The translations under genes were made by a program, and so were the position numbers. Under the pieces are notes generated by a model. It worked only from the letters and a program-made list of their open reading frames with translations, did not search any database and was not told the origin of the DNA. From Macrostomum lignano (lineage: Eukaryota), in assembly GCA_002269645.1 (NCBI GenBank), contig NIVC01000914.1, forward strand, positions 9,981 to 73,980: a stretch of 64,000 nucleotides of DNA, given 5' to 3'. Numbering within the stretch: position 1 is the first letter of the stretch; the number at the start of each line of letters is the position of its first letter. This document shows positions 13,933 to 25,895 of the stretch, piece after piece.

Positions 13933-14649
13933 GGTTTTTTGGCAAAGTTTCAAGTTGCAATCAGTGACAAATTTTCTAATACTATTAGATTAACCGGAGA
14001 CTCACGACTCATTGCCTGCCTCAGCTCTTTGCAGTTGCTTTTGTGATGAAGAAAAATCGGTTCCGCCGACTTCCAGAATATCGTGGATTTCTAAAAGATT
14101 TGGCGAGCGTTTGTCTTCTCCTGGGCGACTCTGCTACTGCGGCAGCGGCGGCGGCAGCGGCGGAGGCTGCCGCGCTGGCAGCTCTATGATGAGGCAGGAG
14201 GGGAGGCTGGGAGGGGAATCTGCCACAGCAGCTTGGATAGGGCAGGGCCAGCAGCCAACAGAAATGAATTGCCCGAGCGTAGCAGATCTGCTCCCAACCA
14301 GTTCAATGTTGCCACCAAAAAACTATTGGATAGATAATACAGCACAGCCCAGGTCTCAGTGAGAAGGCTTGAAACGTTTTTTTTAGAATTGAGTAGCAGA
14401 TAGTCAGCTGGGGATGGGGTTATAGCGATGAAGCTGCTGGATTCTGGGCCAACTTTTGTCATGCATAATTCAAGTTGCTAGGCTGCTACCCCCTGAGCTA
14501 CCGATCTGACATTCCAGAGCCGAGAGGTGTCTGGAGTAGTCGGGCTGGTTGGTGGCCGTCCATCATGCAGTCACTCAATCCGGGGTGCTTCACTCAGTGA
14601 AGCCACAGGTGCTGCTCTGAATTGATAACTCTACGACTCAAAAAGTGGG

Positions 14650-15000
14650 ATTGCTGCTCCGGCAGAGTATGAGAGAGGGGAGAGTAGGGGAAAGGGGACA
14701 GTAGGGGAAAGGGGAGAGTAGGGGGGAGGGAGAGTAGGTTGAGAAGGGAGAGTAGGGGAGAGGAGAGAGTAGGGGAGAGTAGGGTAGAGTAGGGTAGAGT
14801 AGGGGAAAGGGGAGAGTAGGGGGAGGGAGAGTAGGTTGAGAAAGGAGAGTAGGGGAGGGAGAGTAGGGGAGAGTAGGGTATAGTAGGGAGAAGGGAGAGT
14901 AGGGGAGAGAGTATGGGAGAGGGGAGAGTAAGGGGAGAAGGGAGAGTAGGGGAGAGTAGGGGAGAGGGGGAGTAGGGGGGAGGGGAGAGTAGGGTAAAGA
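14650..15000. repeat. Purine-rich low-complexity repeat (GGGGAGAGTA-like)
   Basis: Direct reading. Confidence 0.85.
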
Positions 15001-15609
15001 GTAGGTATGCGACAGCAGGTCCCGAGTACTTGGTGCAGCCAATTCCCATTTCTGACCAGCTCCCATTGTGCTGAGCAAGCGGGTCGCATTCCAGCTTTCG
15101 CAGTCAGTAACAATGGGCCAGAAGATTTTATCGAAGACTGCAGGCAGCAAATTGCTAGCCTGAGATCTCCTCAGAAAATTTTCATTATCAATAGAACGTG
15201 TCTTTTTTCTTTAAAAAATTCTTCTCTTTAAGGAAAGAATCAGCCATGCAGCAATTTCCTCTCCCAGTCTCCCCCTGTTCCCCATCAATTGATGCAGCAG
15301 CAGTAAGAATCAGATTCTGGGACGCAACTATTTGATCAGTCGCTGGCCTCTCAGGCCGACAGTCTGAGCAGCAGCCTCGACACTTGAGCTCGCTAAGCCA
15401 GCCGAAATCATTTCTTGGTCTGTTCAAATCTTTGGATTGCTCGGGCGGGAAGCCGCTGCGATTAGGGGGGGGGGGGCAACCAGACCGGCCTAGCAACGAA
15501 GTTGGTTCGGGAAAAACTATTGTTGCGCTTGGAAACCAGAAGCAATAGGTCGGTGGGAAAAGAAATGAGTCTAAATTTAGAAATGGGGCAAAGAGAAAAA
15601 GAATATGGA

Positions 15610-15800
15610 ACTACAGAAGTGTGAATGGAGTGACTACGGAAGTGTGAATGGAGTGACTGTAGAAGTGTGAATGGAGTGACTGCAGGTGTGAATGGAGTGA
15701 CTACAGAAGCGTGAATGTAGTGACTGCAGAAGTGTGAATGGAGTGACTACATAAGTGTGAATGGGGTGACTACAGAAGTGTGAATGGAGTGACAACATAA
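15610..15800. repeat. About 22-23-bp minisatellite GAAGTGTGAATGGAGTGACTACA
   Basis: Direct reading. Confidence 0.85.
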
Positions 15801-16134
15801 GCAATAATTCAGTGCTAACAGAAAGTGCGAAGAGGACCAGACATCAATAATAAATAAGTTTCGGGTGAAAACTCTAGCCATTTAAACTTGACCAGACAGA
15901 AAGACCTCCCCCCTCACGCACCGCTAAATTTTGAATTTTTAAAGTTCATTCAACTGTAAAATATTTCTCGGCAAATTTCTAATAAATGTAATGAGTACAA
16001 AAACTGGAGCCAGGGCTTGACTAGTCTAAGAGCCTTTGACAGATTTCAAGTCGGTTGCAAAGCTCCTTTGGGATTTGAGGGTGGTAAATTCAAGGGAAAA
16101 TTATCCCACTAGTCTGGGAAGAATTTATTTTTTC

Positions 16135-16750
16135 GCTAGGTTGAACGAGAGAGGGTAAAACAGAGGGTTGAAGCAGAGAGGGTAAAACAGAGGTTTGAAG
16201 GAGAGAGGGTAAAACAGAGGGTTGAAGCAGAGAGGGTAAAACAGAGGTTTGAAGGAGAGAGGGTAAAACAGAAGGTAGAAGAGGAGAGGGTAAAACAGAG
16301 GGTTCAAGGGGAGAGGGTAAAACAGAGGGTAGAAGAGGAGAGGGTAAAACAGAGGGTTCAAGGGGAGAGGGTAAAACAGAGGGTAGAAGAGGAGAGGGTA
16401 AAACAGAGGGTTCAAGGGGAGAGGGTAAAACAGAGGGTTCAAGGGGAGAGGGTAAAACAGAGGGTTTAAGAGGAGAGGGTAAAACAGAGGGTTTAAGAGG
16501 AGAGGGTAAAACAGAGGTTTGAAGGAGAGAGGGTAAAACAGAGGGTAGAAGAGGAGAGGGTAAAACAGAGGGTTCAAGGGGAGAGGGGAAACCAGAGGGT
16601 TGAAGGAGAGAGGGTAAAACAGAGGGTTGAAGCAGAGAGGGTAAAACAGAGGGTTGAAGCAGAGAGGGTAAAACAGAGGGTTGAAGCAGAGAGGGTAAAA
16701 CAGAGGGTAGAAGAGGAGAGGGTAAAACAGAGGGTTGAAGGGGAGAAGGA
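16135..16750. repeat. 27-bp minisatellite GAGAGGGTAAAACAGAGGGTTGAAG(NN)
   Basis: Direct reading. Confidence 0.93.
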
Positions 16751-17110
16751 AGGCAATCTACATGACTCATGTAGACTTCGTCAATTCCAGAATAGAAAAC
16801 CTCTGCACAAGCCGGACGCTCGCACAAGATTTCCAGCTCTGCGGCCCCCCTCGCCCCAGATTAATTGTTTCTTTGCTAGCTGGAACAACAACAGCAGCAG
16901 CAGATTGAGCTGGCGGCAGCTGCTGGCTGGCTTAGTGGCGCAGAGAGGGAGAAGGGGGAGAGGGACACGTCAGCACAGTTAGAGCCTTTCCGACTTCTTT
17001 TCCCTAAATTCTAGGAATAAATTCACGAGATCCCCCTGTGGGTCATCGGAGAGTCGAAACATTTCTTTTGCTTTTGTTAGCGTGCAGCGACGAACCAGTT
17101 TGTCCCGGCC

Positions 17111-17326
17111 ATGCTGCTGCTGCTGCCGCTTCTGGCCGGCCTGCTATCACCGATAGGCCCGGCCGAGGCTAAACGGGTGCTGGACATCACGGAGAAGAAC
17201 TTGGCCAGCGTTGTGGGCACCAAGACTCTGGCGCTGGTGCTGTTCTACTCGCCCGGCTGCCAGCCCTGCGTGGAGGTGCTCTCCGTCATGCAGCGGTAAG
17301 GCTGCCTGTGCGCCTGTCAGCCTGAC

Positions 17327-17391
<65 letters not shown>

Positions 17392-17404
17392 TTCTGTCTG
17401 TCTT

Positions 17405-17451
<47 letters not shown>

Positions 17452-17452
17452 T

Positions 17453-17509
<57 letters not shown>

Positions 17510-19853
17510 CTGTCCGAGTGTATGTCTGTCTGCCATTGAGTTCATAAAGCCCCAGAACTCGCAGACACCGAGCCCCGATCCGCCTCGCACCCGCAGCCTG
17601 GCCCTGTCCCACTCCGTTTCGCATCCGGACGTAAAATTCGGCCGCATCGACATCCGCCAGGAGCCGGTGCTGGCCATGCGGTTCCACGCCGATGAAGTGC
17701 CGGTGTTGAAGGCCTTCCCTCATTCGTCGACGCCGATCACCTTCTACGGCGAGGTGACCGAGGAGGCGCTGGTGAAATTCCTGCGCGGCCTTCGCCTGCA
17801 GAGTGCCGTCAAGGCCGGCCTGACGCGCTCCGGCGAGAGTCTCTACGGCGGCGCCTCGCTGGAGACCGCGACCGACGATGGCGGAGCGGCAGACGAAGGC
17901 GACTCAGCGAACCCGTGGACAACTGGCGCCACGGTGGTGGTGAACGCCAGCAGCTACGCGTCCGTGATCCTGGACAACGAGACCAACGCCATGCTGGCTC
18001 TGTACACGCCGGAGTGTGGCGAGCCGTGCGCGGTCTACGAGAAAATTGCCGACGTCTTCCGGCACGAGGGCCACCACGTGGTGTTCGGCCGGGCGGACGT
18101 GACCCGGGAACCTCAGCTGGCGAGGTTCTTTCAGGCGCAGAGGAACCCGACGCTGCTGTGGTTCCCCAGGGGCGACAAGAATAACATTGTGAGGTGAGGT
18201 GCCGAGTTTGAGACTTGCATGCTCTACTGCAACCCTTTGACCTAAATCACTAAGCCCATTGGGTGAACAGATGGTCCTCTAATCAGTTAGGCAAAATTTT
18301 AGACACGCAACCTTCCAATCAAACATGCAACCTTCCAATCAAACATGCAACCTTCCAATCAAACATGCAACCTTCCAATCAAACATGCAACCTTCCAATC
18401 AAACATGCAACCTTCCAATCAAACATGCAACCTTCCAATCAAACATGCAACCTTCCAATCAAACATGCAACCTTCCAATCAAACAGGCAACCTTCCAATC
18501 GAACATGCAACTTTTCAATCAAACAGGCAACCTTCCAACCGAACAGGCAACCTTCCAATCAAACATGCAACCTTCCAATCAAACATGCAACCTTCCAATC
18601 AAACAGGCAACCTTCCAATCAAACAGGCAACCTTCCAATCAAACATGCAACCTTCCAATCGAACATGCAGTCTTTCAATCGAACAGACAACCTTGATCCA
18701 ACAGCTGGGTGTTAACCCCCAATCGACAATCGTAACGCTCCGGTCAAACAGAACGATCTCGCCAAATCCCCTTAAACCAGATACGGCGGCGACGTGGACC
18801 TGCACGAGATTGTCGGTTTCATCAACGACATGACCGGGTCGCACCGCCAGCCGGACGGTAAGCTGGAGCCTGGCGCTGGCCGGGTGGCCCAGATCGAACG
18901 GCTACTCAGAGACCGAGCGGCCGACCTGGTGCTCGGCCGGAACCTGCAGCAGCTGTCCGAGGAGGTGGCGCAGGCGGCCAGTGATCTGCCGCACTCCAAG
19001 CGCTACGTGTTCTATTATCAGCGGCTGTTACGCCAGCTAATGAAGGTATCCAGCCAGACCGAATTATACTACTTGCTCAAGTAAATGAGTAGAGTATACA
19101 AGATTTTTATTTTATTATTCTAGAGGGTGCTCGTAGTTTACATAACAGTCCGCGAGTTGAAGCTCATCCTTAGACTAAATAAATCTTCAGAATGTTAAAC
19201 ATAAAGAGTGTGTTTGTCATGTGAAATCTATAGAAGGTATATGCGTGGAGACACACACAAGCAATGGCTACAGATTGCTTAAGACAAATAGAAAAGAATA
19301 TCTACTCAAAACGACGCCGCATGATCCTCAAGAAGGCCGGGTTCTCAAGTGTTTAGCGATTACAGTGTCTTTACTAAACCGAGGGTTGAACAGTGCAAAC
19401 ACGCTTTTCGCATCTCTTAAATGACTCCGGAATAGATCAAACAATCCGCGATTAAGTGTTGACTACATTGAAGCTTTGCCAGCTGAGTTGAGTAGCGAGG
19501 CGCTGACACGTCGGACTCTCGCGTTAAGGAAAGGTCCATGCATGCTGAGCGGTCTTGTCCGTTTGATTCAAGCCCCTCCAACCACAGGAGGACCAACCTC
19601 CAGAGGTCACACTTTTCTACATGCCTGACGATAAGAAAGTCGCGTCTGTTGTACACCCTGTGTGAGCGTGTCTGCGTAAGTATGCGCGCGTGCAGAGGAA
19701 TGAGTATGACTGCTTGCGGCTGCACTCGAAGCACCCATGCAGACAGCCAACTAACTAGCAAGTTAAACTAGCTAGCTAACAAACAAACAAACAAACAAAT
19801 TAACAAACTAACTAACTAGCTAACTAACTAACTAACTAACTAACTAGCTAACT

Positions 19854-19891
<38 letters not shown>

Positions 19892-19935
19892 CAACTAACT
19901 AACTAACTAACCAACTAACTAACTACTAACTAACT

Positions 19936-19979
<44 letters not shown>

Positions 19980-20002
19980 GCTAACTAACTAACCAACTAA
20001 CT

Positions 20003-20042
<40 letters not shown>

Positions 20043-20069
20043 GCTAACTAACTAACCAACTAACTAACT

Positions 20070-20119
<50 letters not shown>

Positions 20120-20147
20120 CAACTAACTAACTAACTACTAACTAACT

Positions 20148-20181
<34 letters not shown>

Positions 20182-21032
20182 CAACTAACTAACTAACTAA
20201 CTAACCAACTAACTAACTAACTAACCAACTAACTAACTACTAACTAACTACTAACTAACTAACTAACTAACTAGCAAATTAAACTAGCTAGCTAACAAAC
20301 AAACAAACAAACAAATTAACAAACTAACTAACTAGCTAACTAACTAACTAACTAGCTAACTACTAACTAACTAACTAACTAACTAACTAGCTAACAAACA
20401 AACAAACAAGCTAACTAATTAGCTAACTAACTAATTAACTAGCCAACCAACTAGCTAGGTAATTAACTAGCTAACTATCTAACTAAAATACGAGTATCGT
20501 ATACAACTAACTTGTAGTCTGGCTAGGTGAGAGTGCACTAGTTACCGTTGCAAGTTGAGCATGTCTAGTATGTGGGGCGTCTAACTGCTTAACTAGTAAC
20601 TTACTAACTAAAATTAGTAAATAATCCAACCCAGCTAACTGCTAGCTAATCAATCCTTCCAACACCGCACAACACTCCCCTCGGCAGGGGTCGCCAATCG
20701 ATCGAGTTCTCGAACGCGAGAACGCCGCCATCGACCAGCTGCTAAACGGTGGCGGCGGCGGCGGCGGCGGCATCGGCGGCGGCAGCAAGATGAGCAGGGC
20801 GGAGCGGGACGAGGCGCACAAGCTGCACAACATCATCTCCGGGGTGGTGGACATCATAGTCGATCATCTGCAAGGCGAGCGCCAGTCAGCTGAGGCAGCT
20901 GCCGTTGCCGAGAAGAGGCGCCTGATGGAGGAACAGCAGAAGCGGCTTCACGAGGAGGGCGAGTTGGCTGGTGATGAAGAAGAGTTCACTGAGCAGGCGG
21001 AGGCTGTGAAAGCGACGAAGGAGGAGCTGTGA
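17111..21032 (+). CDS. ER protein disulfide-isomerase-family protein, a-a'-D (two thioredoxin folds + ERp29 C-terminal domain), about 463 aa, C-terminal KEEL
   Basis: Exons 17111-17295, 17597-18193, 18781-19045 and 20688-21032 (phases 2, 2, 0; 1392 nt). Signal peptide [20 protein letters not shown]; Trx motifs FYSPGCQPC and [10 protein letters not shown]; [23 protein letters not shown] and [12 protein letters not shown] resemble the ERp29c domain; ends KATKEEL*. Confidence 0.85.
17325..17530. repeat. (CTGT)n microsatellite in PDI intron 1
   Basis: Direct reading. Confidence 0.95.
18308..18685. repeat. 20-bp minisatellite AACCTTCCAATCAAACATGC in PDI intron 2
   Basis: Direct reading. Confidence 0.95.
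19760..20500. repeat. (CTAA)n microsatellite in PDI intron 3
   Basis: Direct reading. Confidence 0.95.
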
Positions 21033-21129
21033 AACTATTTTAACGTGAAAAGATTGCGTGAATCGGAGTGAAAATGACTGAGCGAGTGAATTTCACAGAT
21101 AATTAGTCAATGTGTGACTACAAAGGGAC

Positions 21130-21720
21130 AGTATTCGAAAAATGAGTGAACATAGACTGGAAATGTGTGAAAATGAGTGAACATGGACTGGAAATGTGTG
21201 AAAATGAGTGAACATGGACTGGAAATGTGTGAAAATGAGTGAACATGGACTGGAAATGTGTGAAAATGAGTGAAAATGGACTGGAAATGTGTGAAAATGA
21301 GTGAACATGGACTGGAAATGTGTGAAAATGAGTGAACATGGACTGGAAATGTGTGAAAATGAGTGAAAATGGACTGGAAACATGTGAAAATGAGTGAACA
21401 TGGACTGGAAATGTGTGAAAATGAGTGAACATGGACTGGAAATGTGTGAAAATGAGTGAACATGGACTGGAAATGTGTGAAAATGAGTGAACATGGACTG
21501 GAAATGTGTGAAAATGAGTGAACATGGACTGGAAATGTGTGAAAATGAGTGAAAATGGACTGGAAATGTGTGAAAATGAGTGAAAATGGACTGGAAATGT
21601 GTGAAAATGAGTGAACATGGACTGGAAATGTGTGAAAATGAGTGAACATGGACTGGAAATGTGTGAAAATGAGTGAACATAGACTGGAAATGTGTGAAAA
21701 TGAGTGAACATGGACTGGAA
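21130..21720. repeat. 31-bp minisatellite GTGAACATGGACTGGAAATGTGTGAAAATGA just 3' of the PDI stop
   Basis: Direct reading. Confidence 0.95.
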
Positions 21721-22287
21721 TTGGACTGAGTGAAAATAGAGTGGCAGATGTCAATGGCAGACAGACGGTTTTATTAGTTAGTGATTAATGTTAGAAGTAA
21801 AAACATTTCGCCTTAAACGCAATTAGTAACAGGTGTGTTATTAATGCGTAAATAACGGCTTATAAACTGAAGTTTAACGCAATTTCTCAACCCTCACGTC
21901 ATCATAAAAAAATCGATGCACCCTACCCGCCCCATATCGCTTCCACTTAATACGCCAAATAAATATATAAGTCATAAAAACTGAATCAATCGATTCAATT
22001 CAAGAATAAACTTGCTAGGAGTTTAAAATTGTCCAAACAATTCCAATATAAGCAAATTCAAGTAAAAACTGCACCAAGGAATCATGCGCAACACTTGCTG
22101 CAGAGAAAAATTTATTGTATAATTTGAAATGTTGATTCTAACATTAAAAAATTGCTGAAGATGGGTGCTTAGTGGCTTTTGGAATGGGGAATATAGAAAT
22201 AGGGATTTGGGAGTTTAGATGCAGGGTTTCGACTAGACTTGGAAGCAGATTATGATTAGAAAGCTGCACTGCAAAGGAAGTAGCATA

Positions 22288-22967
22288 AGTCAGTCAGTCA
22301 GTCAGTCAGTCAGTCAGTCAGTCAGTCAGTCAGTCAGTCAGTCACCCATTCACTCAAGACAGTCAGTCAGTCAGTCAGTCAGTCAGTCAGTCAGTCAGTC
22401 AGTCAGTCAGTCAGTCAGTCACCCACTCAATCAAGTCAGTCAGTCAGTCAGTCAGTCAGTCAGTCAGTCAGTCAGTCAGTCAGTCAGTCAGTCAGTCAGT
22501 CAGTCAGTCAGTCAGTCAGTCAGTCAGTCAGTCAGTCAGTCAGTCAGTCAGTCAGTCAGTCAGTCAGTCAGTCAGTCAGTCAGTCAGTCAGTCAGTCAGT
22601 CAGTCAGTCAGTCAGTCAGTCAGTCAGTCAGTCAGTCAGTCAGTCAGTCAGTCAGTCAGTCAGTCAGTCAGTCAGTCAGTCAGTCAGTCAGTCAGTCAGT
22701 CAGTCAGTCAGTCAGTCAGTCAGTCAGTCAGTCAGTCAGTCAGTCAGTCAGTCAGTCAGTCAGTCAGTCAGTCAGTCAGTCAGTCAGTCAGTCAGTCAGT
22801 CAGTCAGTCAGTCAGTCAGTCAGTCAGTCAGTCAGTCAGTCAGTCAGTCAGTCAGTCAGTCAGTCAGTCAGTCAGTCAGTCAGTCAGTCAGTCAGTCAGT
22901 CAGTCAGTCAGTCAGTCAGTCAGTCAGTCAGTCAGTCAGTCAGTCAGTCAGTCAGTCAGTCAGTCAG
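22288..22967. repeat. (TCAG)n microsatellite, largely perfect, abutting the MVD stop
   Basis: Direct reading. Confidence 0.97.
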
Positions 22968-24560
22968 AATCAAACCAAGCGGCCGCCTCCGCCTGTGGAA
23001 TATCGAGCGCCCCCGGCCGAGCCGGCAGATCAGCAGCGATTCGATCCGGTGGCGCGCAGTCGCCCCCTCGCCGCCGCTGCCGTCGCCAGCCCAGTCTGAG
23101 GGAACCTTCGAATTGTCGGCCGCCTCGCCTAAGTCGCCGACCACCTGGCCGATGTCGAAGGCCCGCTGCAGACAACCAGCAGCCAGGTGTACATCGGCCG
23201 GCTGGGCCAGCAGGCAGACGTTCGGGCCGGCATCCGCTGTGTAGCCGAGAACGACTCGGCCGGAGGCTTCGTTCAGCCGGTGCACGAAGTCGATGATGGC
23301 GCGCGAAGCGTCGGTCAGGTAGTGCACGGGCGGGTAGGTGTCCGCGCACACCGCATGCAGGCAGTTGCTGTCCCGCATGGACATCTCGGCCAGGCTAGCG
23401 AAGTCGCGGCCGGCCACCGCCTCGCGCACCGCGGCCAGCCTGTCGGGCAGGCAGCTCAGCCTGGCCGGAAGCAGCGAGCTGGTGGCCACGGTCCGCGCCA
23501 TTGCCTGGGTGGACGGCGCCGATTTGGCGCCGGCGCCAACTACGCAGACGAGGACGCGCAGGTCCCAGTGGCCGGCCGAGGCCAGCTGGCTGGCGGTCGA
23601 GTCCACGCCGTCCGGACGCTGGCCGGCCGACCATTCGGCGAAGCCGGCGAACAGAGAGCGGCAGGCGGAGCCGGAGCCGAGCCGGGCCACCGTGCTGAGC
23701 CAGCGAAGGGTGTCGGCGCTGACGGTGCGGAGGAAGGGAATGGGTGTACAACTGGGGTGCTAGACTGACAAGATTACAACCATAACTGACAAGACTACAG
23801 CCACAGCTGACAAGATAACAATCACAGCTGACAAGATAACAATCACAGCTGACAAGATAACAGCCCTAGCTGACAAGATAACAGCCCCAGCAGACAAGAT
23901 AACAGCCCCAGCTGACAAGATAACAACCACAGCTGACAAAATAACAGCTCCAGCTGACAAGATAACAGCCCTAGCTGACAAGATAACAGCCCCAGCTGAC
24001 AAGATAACAGCCCCAGCTGACAAGATAACAACCACAGCTGACAAAATAACAGCCCCAGCTGACAAAATAACAGCCCTAGCTGACAAGATAACAGCCCCAG
24101 CTGACAAGATAACAGCCCCAGCTGACAGCTACACTCACTCGCAGCTGTCCGAACCGCCGTCGCCCACAATTCCGTACAGCCTGGCGACGGCAACCGCAAA
24201 GGCGCACAAACCCGAAGAGGAGCTGGCGAGGCCGGCAGCCGTGGGGAAGCTGTTCCTGGTGGCAACCCGCACCTTCCAGCTGGCCAAGTCCTGGCCCCGC
24301 TGGCAACGCTGACGCAGCGACTGCAGTACAGCGCGCATCCGGTCAGTAACCTCGACCGGTTTGCCGTTCAACTCAACAAAATCTTCGGCAAATTCTGGCG
24401 AAGCCGTTGCCATAGTAACCGTGCGCATCAGCTGGTCGTCAAGGGTAACGCTGATAGAGTTATTTAGCGGCAGCACCAGCCTGCTGTCTCGCTTGCCCCA
24501 GTATTTAATTAGCGCCAAGTTTGGCGCCGCCGCCGCGTAGGCAATAAAACTTTCGTCAGA
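22956..24560 (-). CDS. MVD: Diphosphomevalonate decarboxylase (394 codons without Met; initiator not found in the locus)
   Basis: Exons 24139-24560 and 22956-23718 (phase 2; 1185 nt). Motifs PNLALIKYWGKRD, LPLNNSISVTL, NSFPTAAGLASSSSG, ARLGSGSACRSLF, MRDSNCLHAVCADTYPP and YTADAGPN. Confidence 0.93.
23765..24128. repeat. 21-bp minisatellite GCTGACAAGATAACAGCCCCA filling the MVD intron
   Basis: Direct reading; the intron is 23719-24138. Confidence 0.95.
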
Positions 24561-24639
24561 CTGCAAAATGCACGTAAAATCAAACACTACTATGAGTAGC
24601 ACTGAATTTTACTATAAATAGCTTTGTAACTATAAAATG

Positions 24640-24935
24640 GAATCTATATAATTCCATCCTACTATAAGTAGCATCTCAACTGGAAAACTCGAATTCTATC
24701 TTACTATAAGTAGCATCTCGACTAGAAAACTCGAATTCTATCCTACCATAAGTAGCATCTCGACTGGAAAACTCGAATTCTATCCTACTATAAGTAGTAT
24801 CTCAACAGGAAAACTCGAATTTTATCCTACCATAAGTAGCATCTCGACTGGAAAACTCGAATTCTATCCTACTATAAGTAGCATCTCGACTGGAAAACTT
24901 TCATTCTATCCTACTATAAGTAGCATCTCAACTAC
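24640..24935. repeat. 42-bp minisatellite CTATAAGTAGCATCTCGACTGGAAAACTCGAATTCTATCCTA upstream of the MVD acceptor
   Basis: Direct reading; about 7 copies. Confidence 0.9.
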
Positions 24936-25895
24936 AAAACCCTAAACACTATTGCAAGCGGGCGTAAATCTAAAGCTAGAAGTTATTTGTAACTTTATAT
25001 AAGCTGTTGACTTGTACCATGGATTAATAAATCAAGGTGAATTAAAAGTAAGCAAACAAACAAGGATCACTTAGTTAATACATAAGAGTATGACAGACTT
25101 TCACCCGTAGGCTGTCACATTGCCAGTTACATAAGCGCCTTGTATATTTCGCTCAATTGGGAAGTGGACTTTAAGATAACTTCTGTCTAAGAGTGGAGAT
25201 TTGAGTGTAGCTGAGACAGGGGAGACACTGGGGCAGTTACCGGTAGTTAAATCCAAAAACCTGTGGTAATTAGACTGAGGGAGGCCAGGGGTTGGGGGCG
25301 CAAAAGCTTTAAAACAGTACTCGCGCATTAATCTGGTTGAATTTGCTACAGAAACACAGCTGGATACGGCACTGCTATTTGCGCACGGAATTATTAATCA
25401 AACGTATTTGTATTTAACAATAATAGATGCACACACATATATACTACTGCTATTCTTATCAGTAATCCGCTCAAATAAGTAGTACGTATAGCATGCATAA
25501 ATAAATGAATAAATAAATATTATGAAGACACACAAATTCTCACACTGATTACATAGACCCTGCATACAGGACAGACAGAGAGCAGTCTGGGGGGACCGAG
25601 ACCCAGCAACCCCGAAGCCCATTTGACCCCTAGAAAACGGCGCCTAGAATATATAACATAACAATGATAATAGTTAACAGTATTGTAGCACTGATAAATA
25701 GCAGGTACATTCTCCATCGAGGGGCGAAGAGGGGAGGGCAGGCGTTGGGGCGTCGGCTCCATTAATGCTAAGGAAACACCATCCGCAAAGTCTTTATTGT
25801 ATTATTATCATTAATTCTTATGATGAGCTGCAAAAACATATGATTAATAGTTGATAATAATAATAACAATAATCATTATTATCATTATCTATAGA

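Noticed and set aside
23187-23768. Plus-strand 141-193-aa ORFs over MVD exon 2
   Set aside because: Antisense shadows of a GC-rich coding exon.
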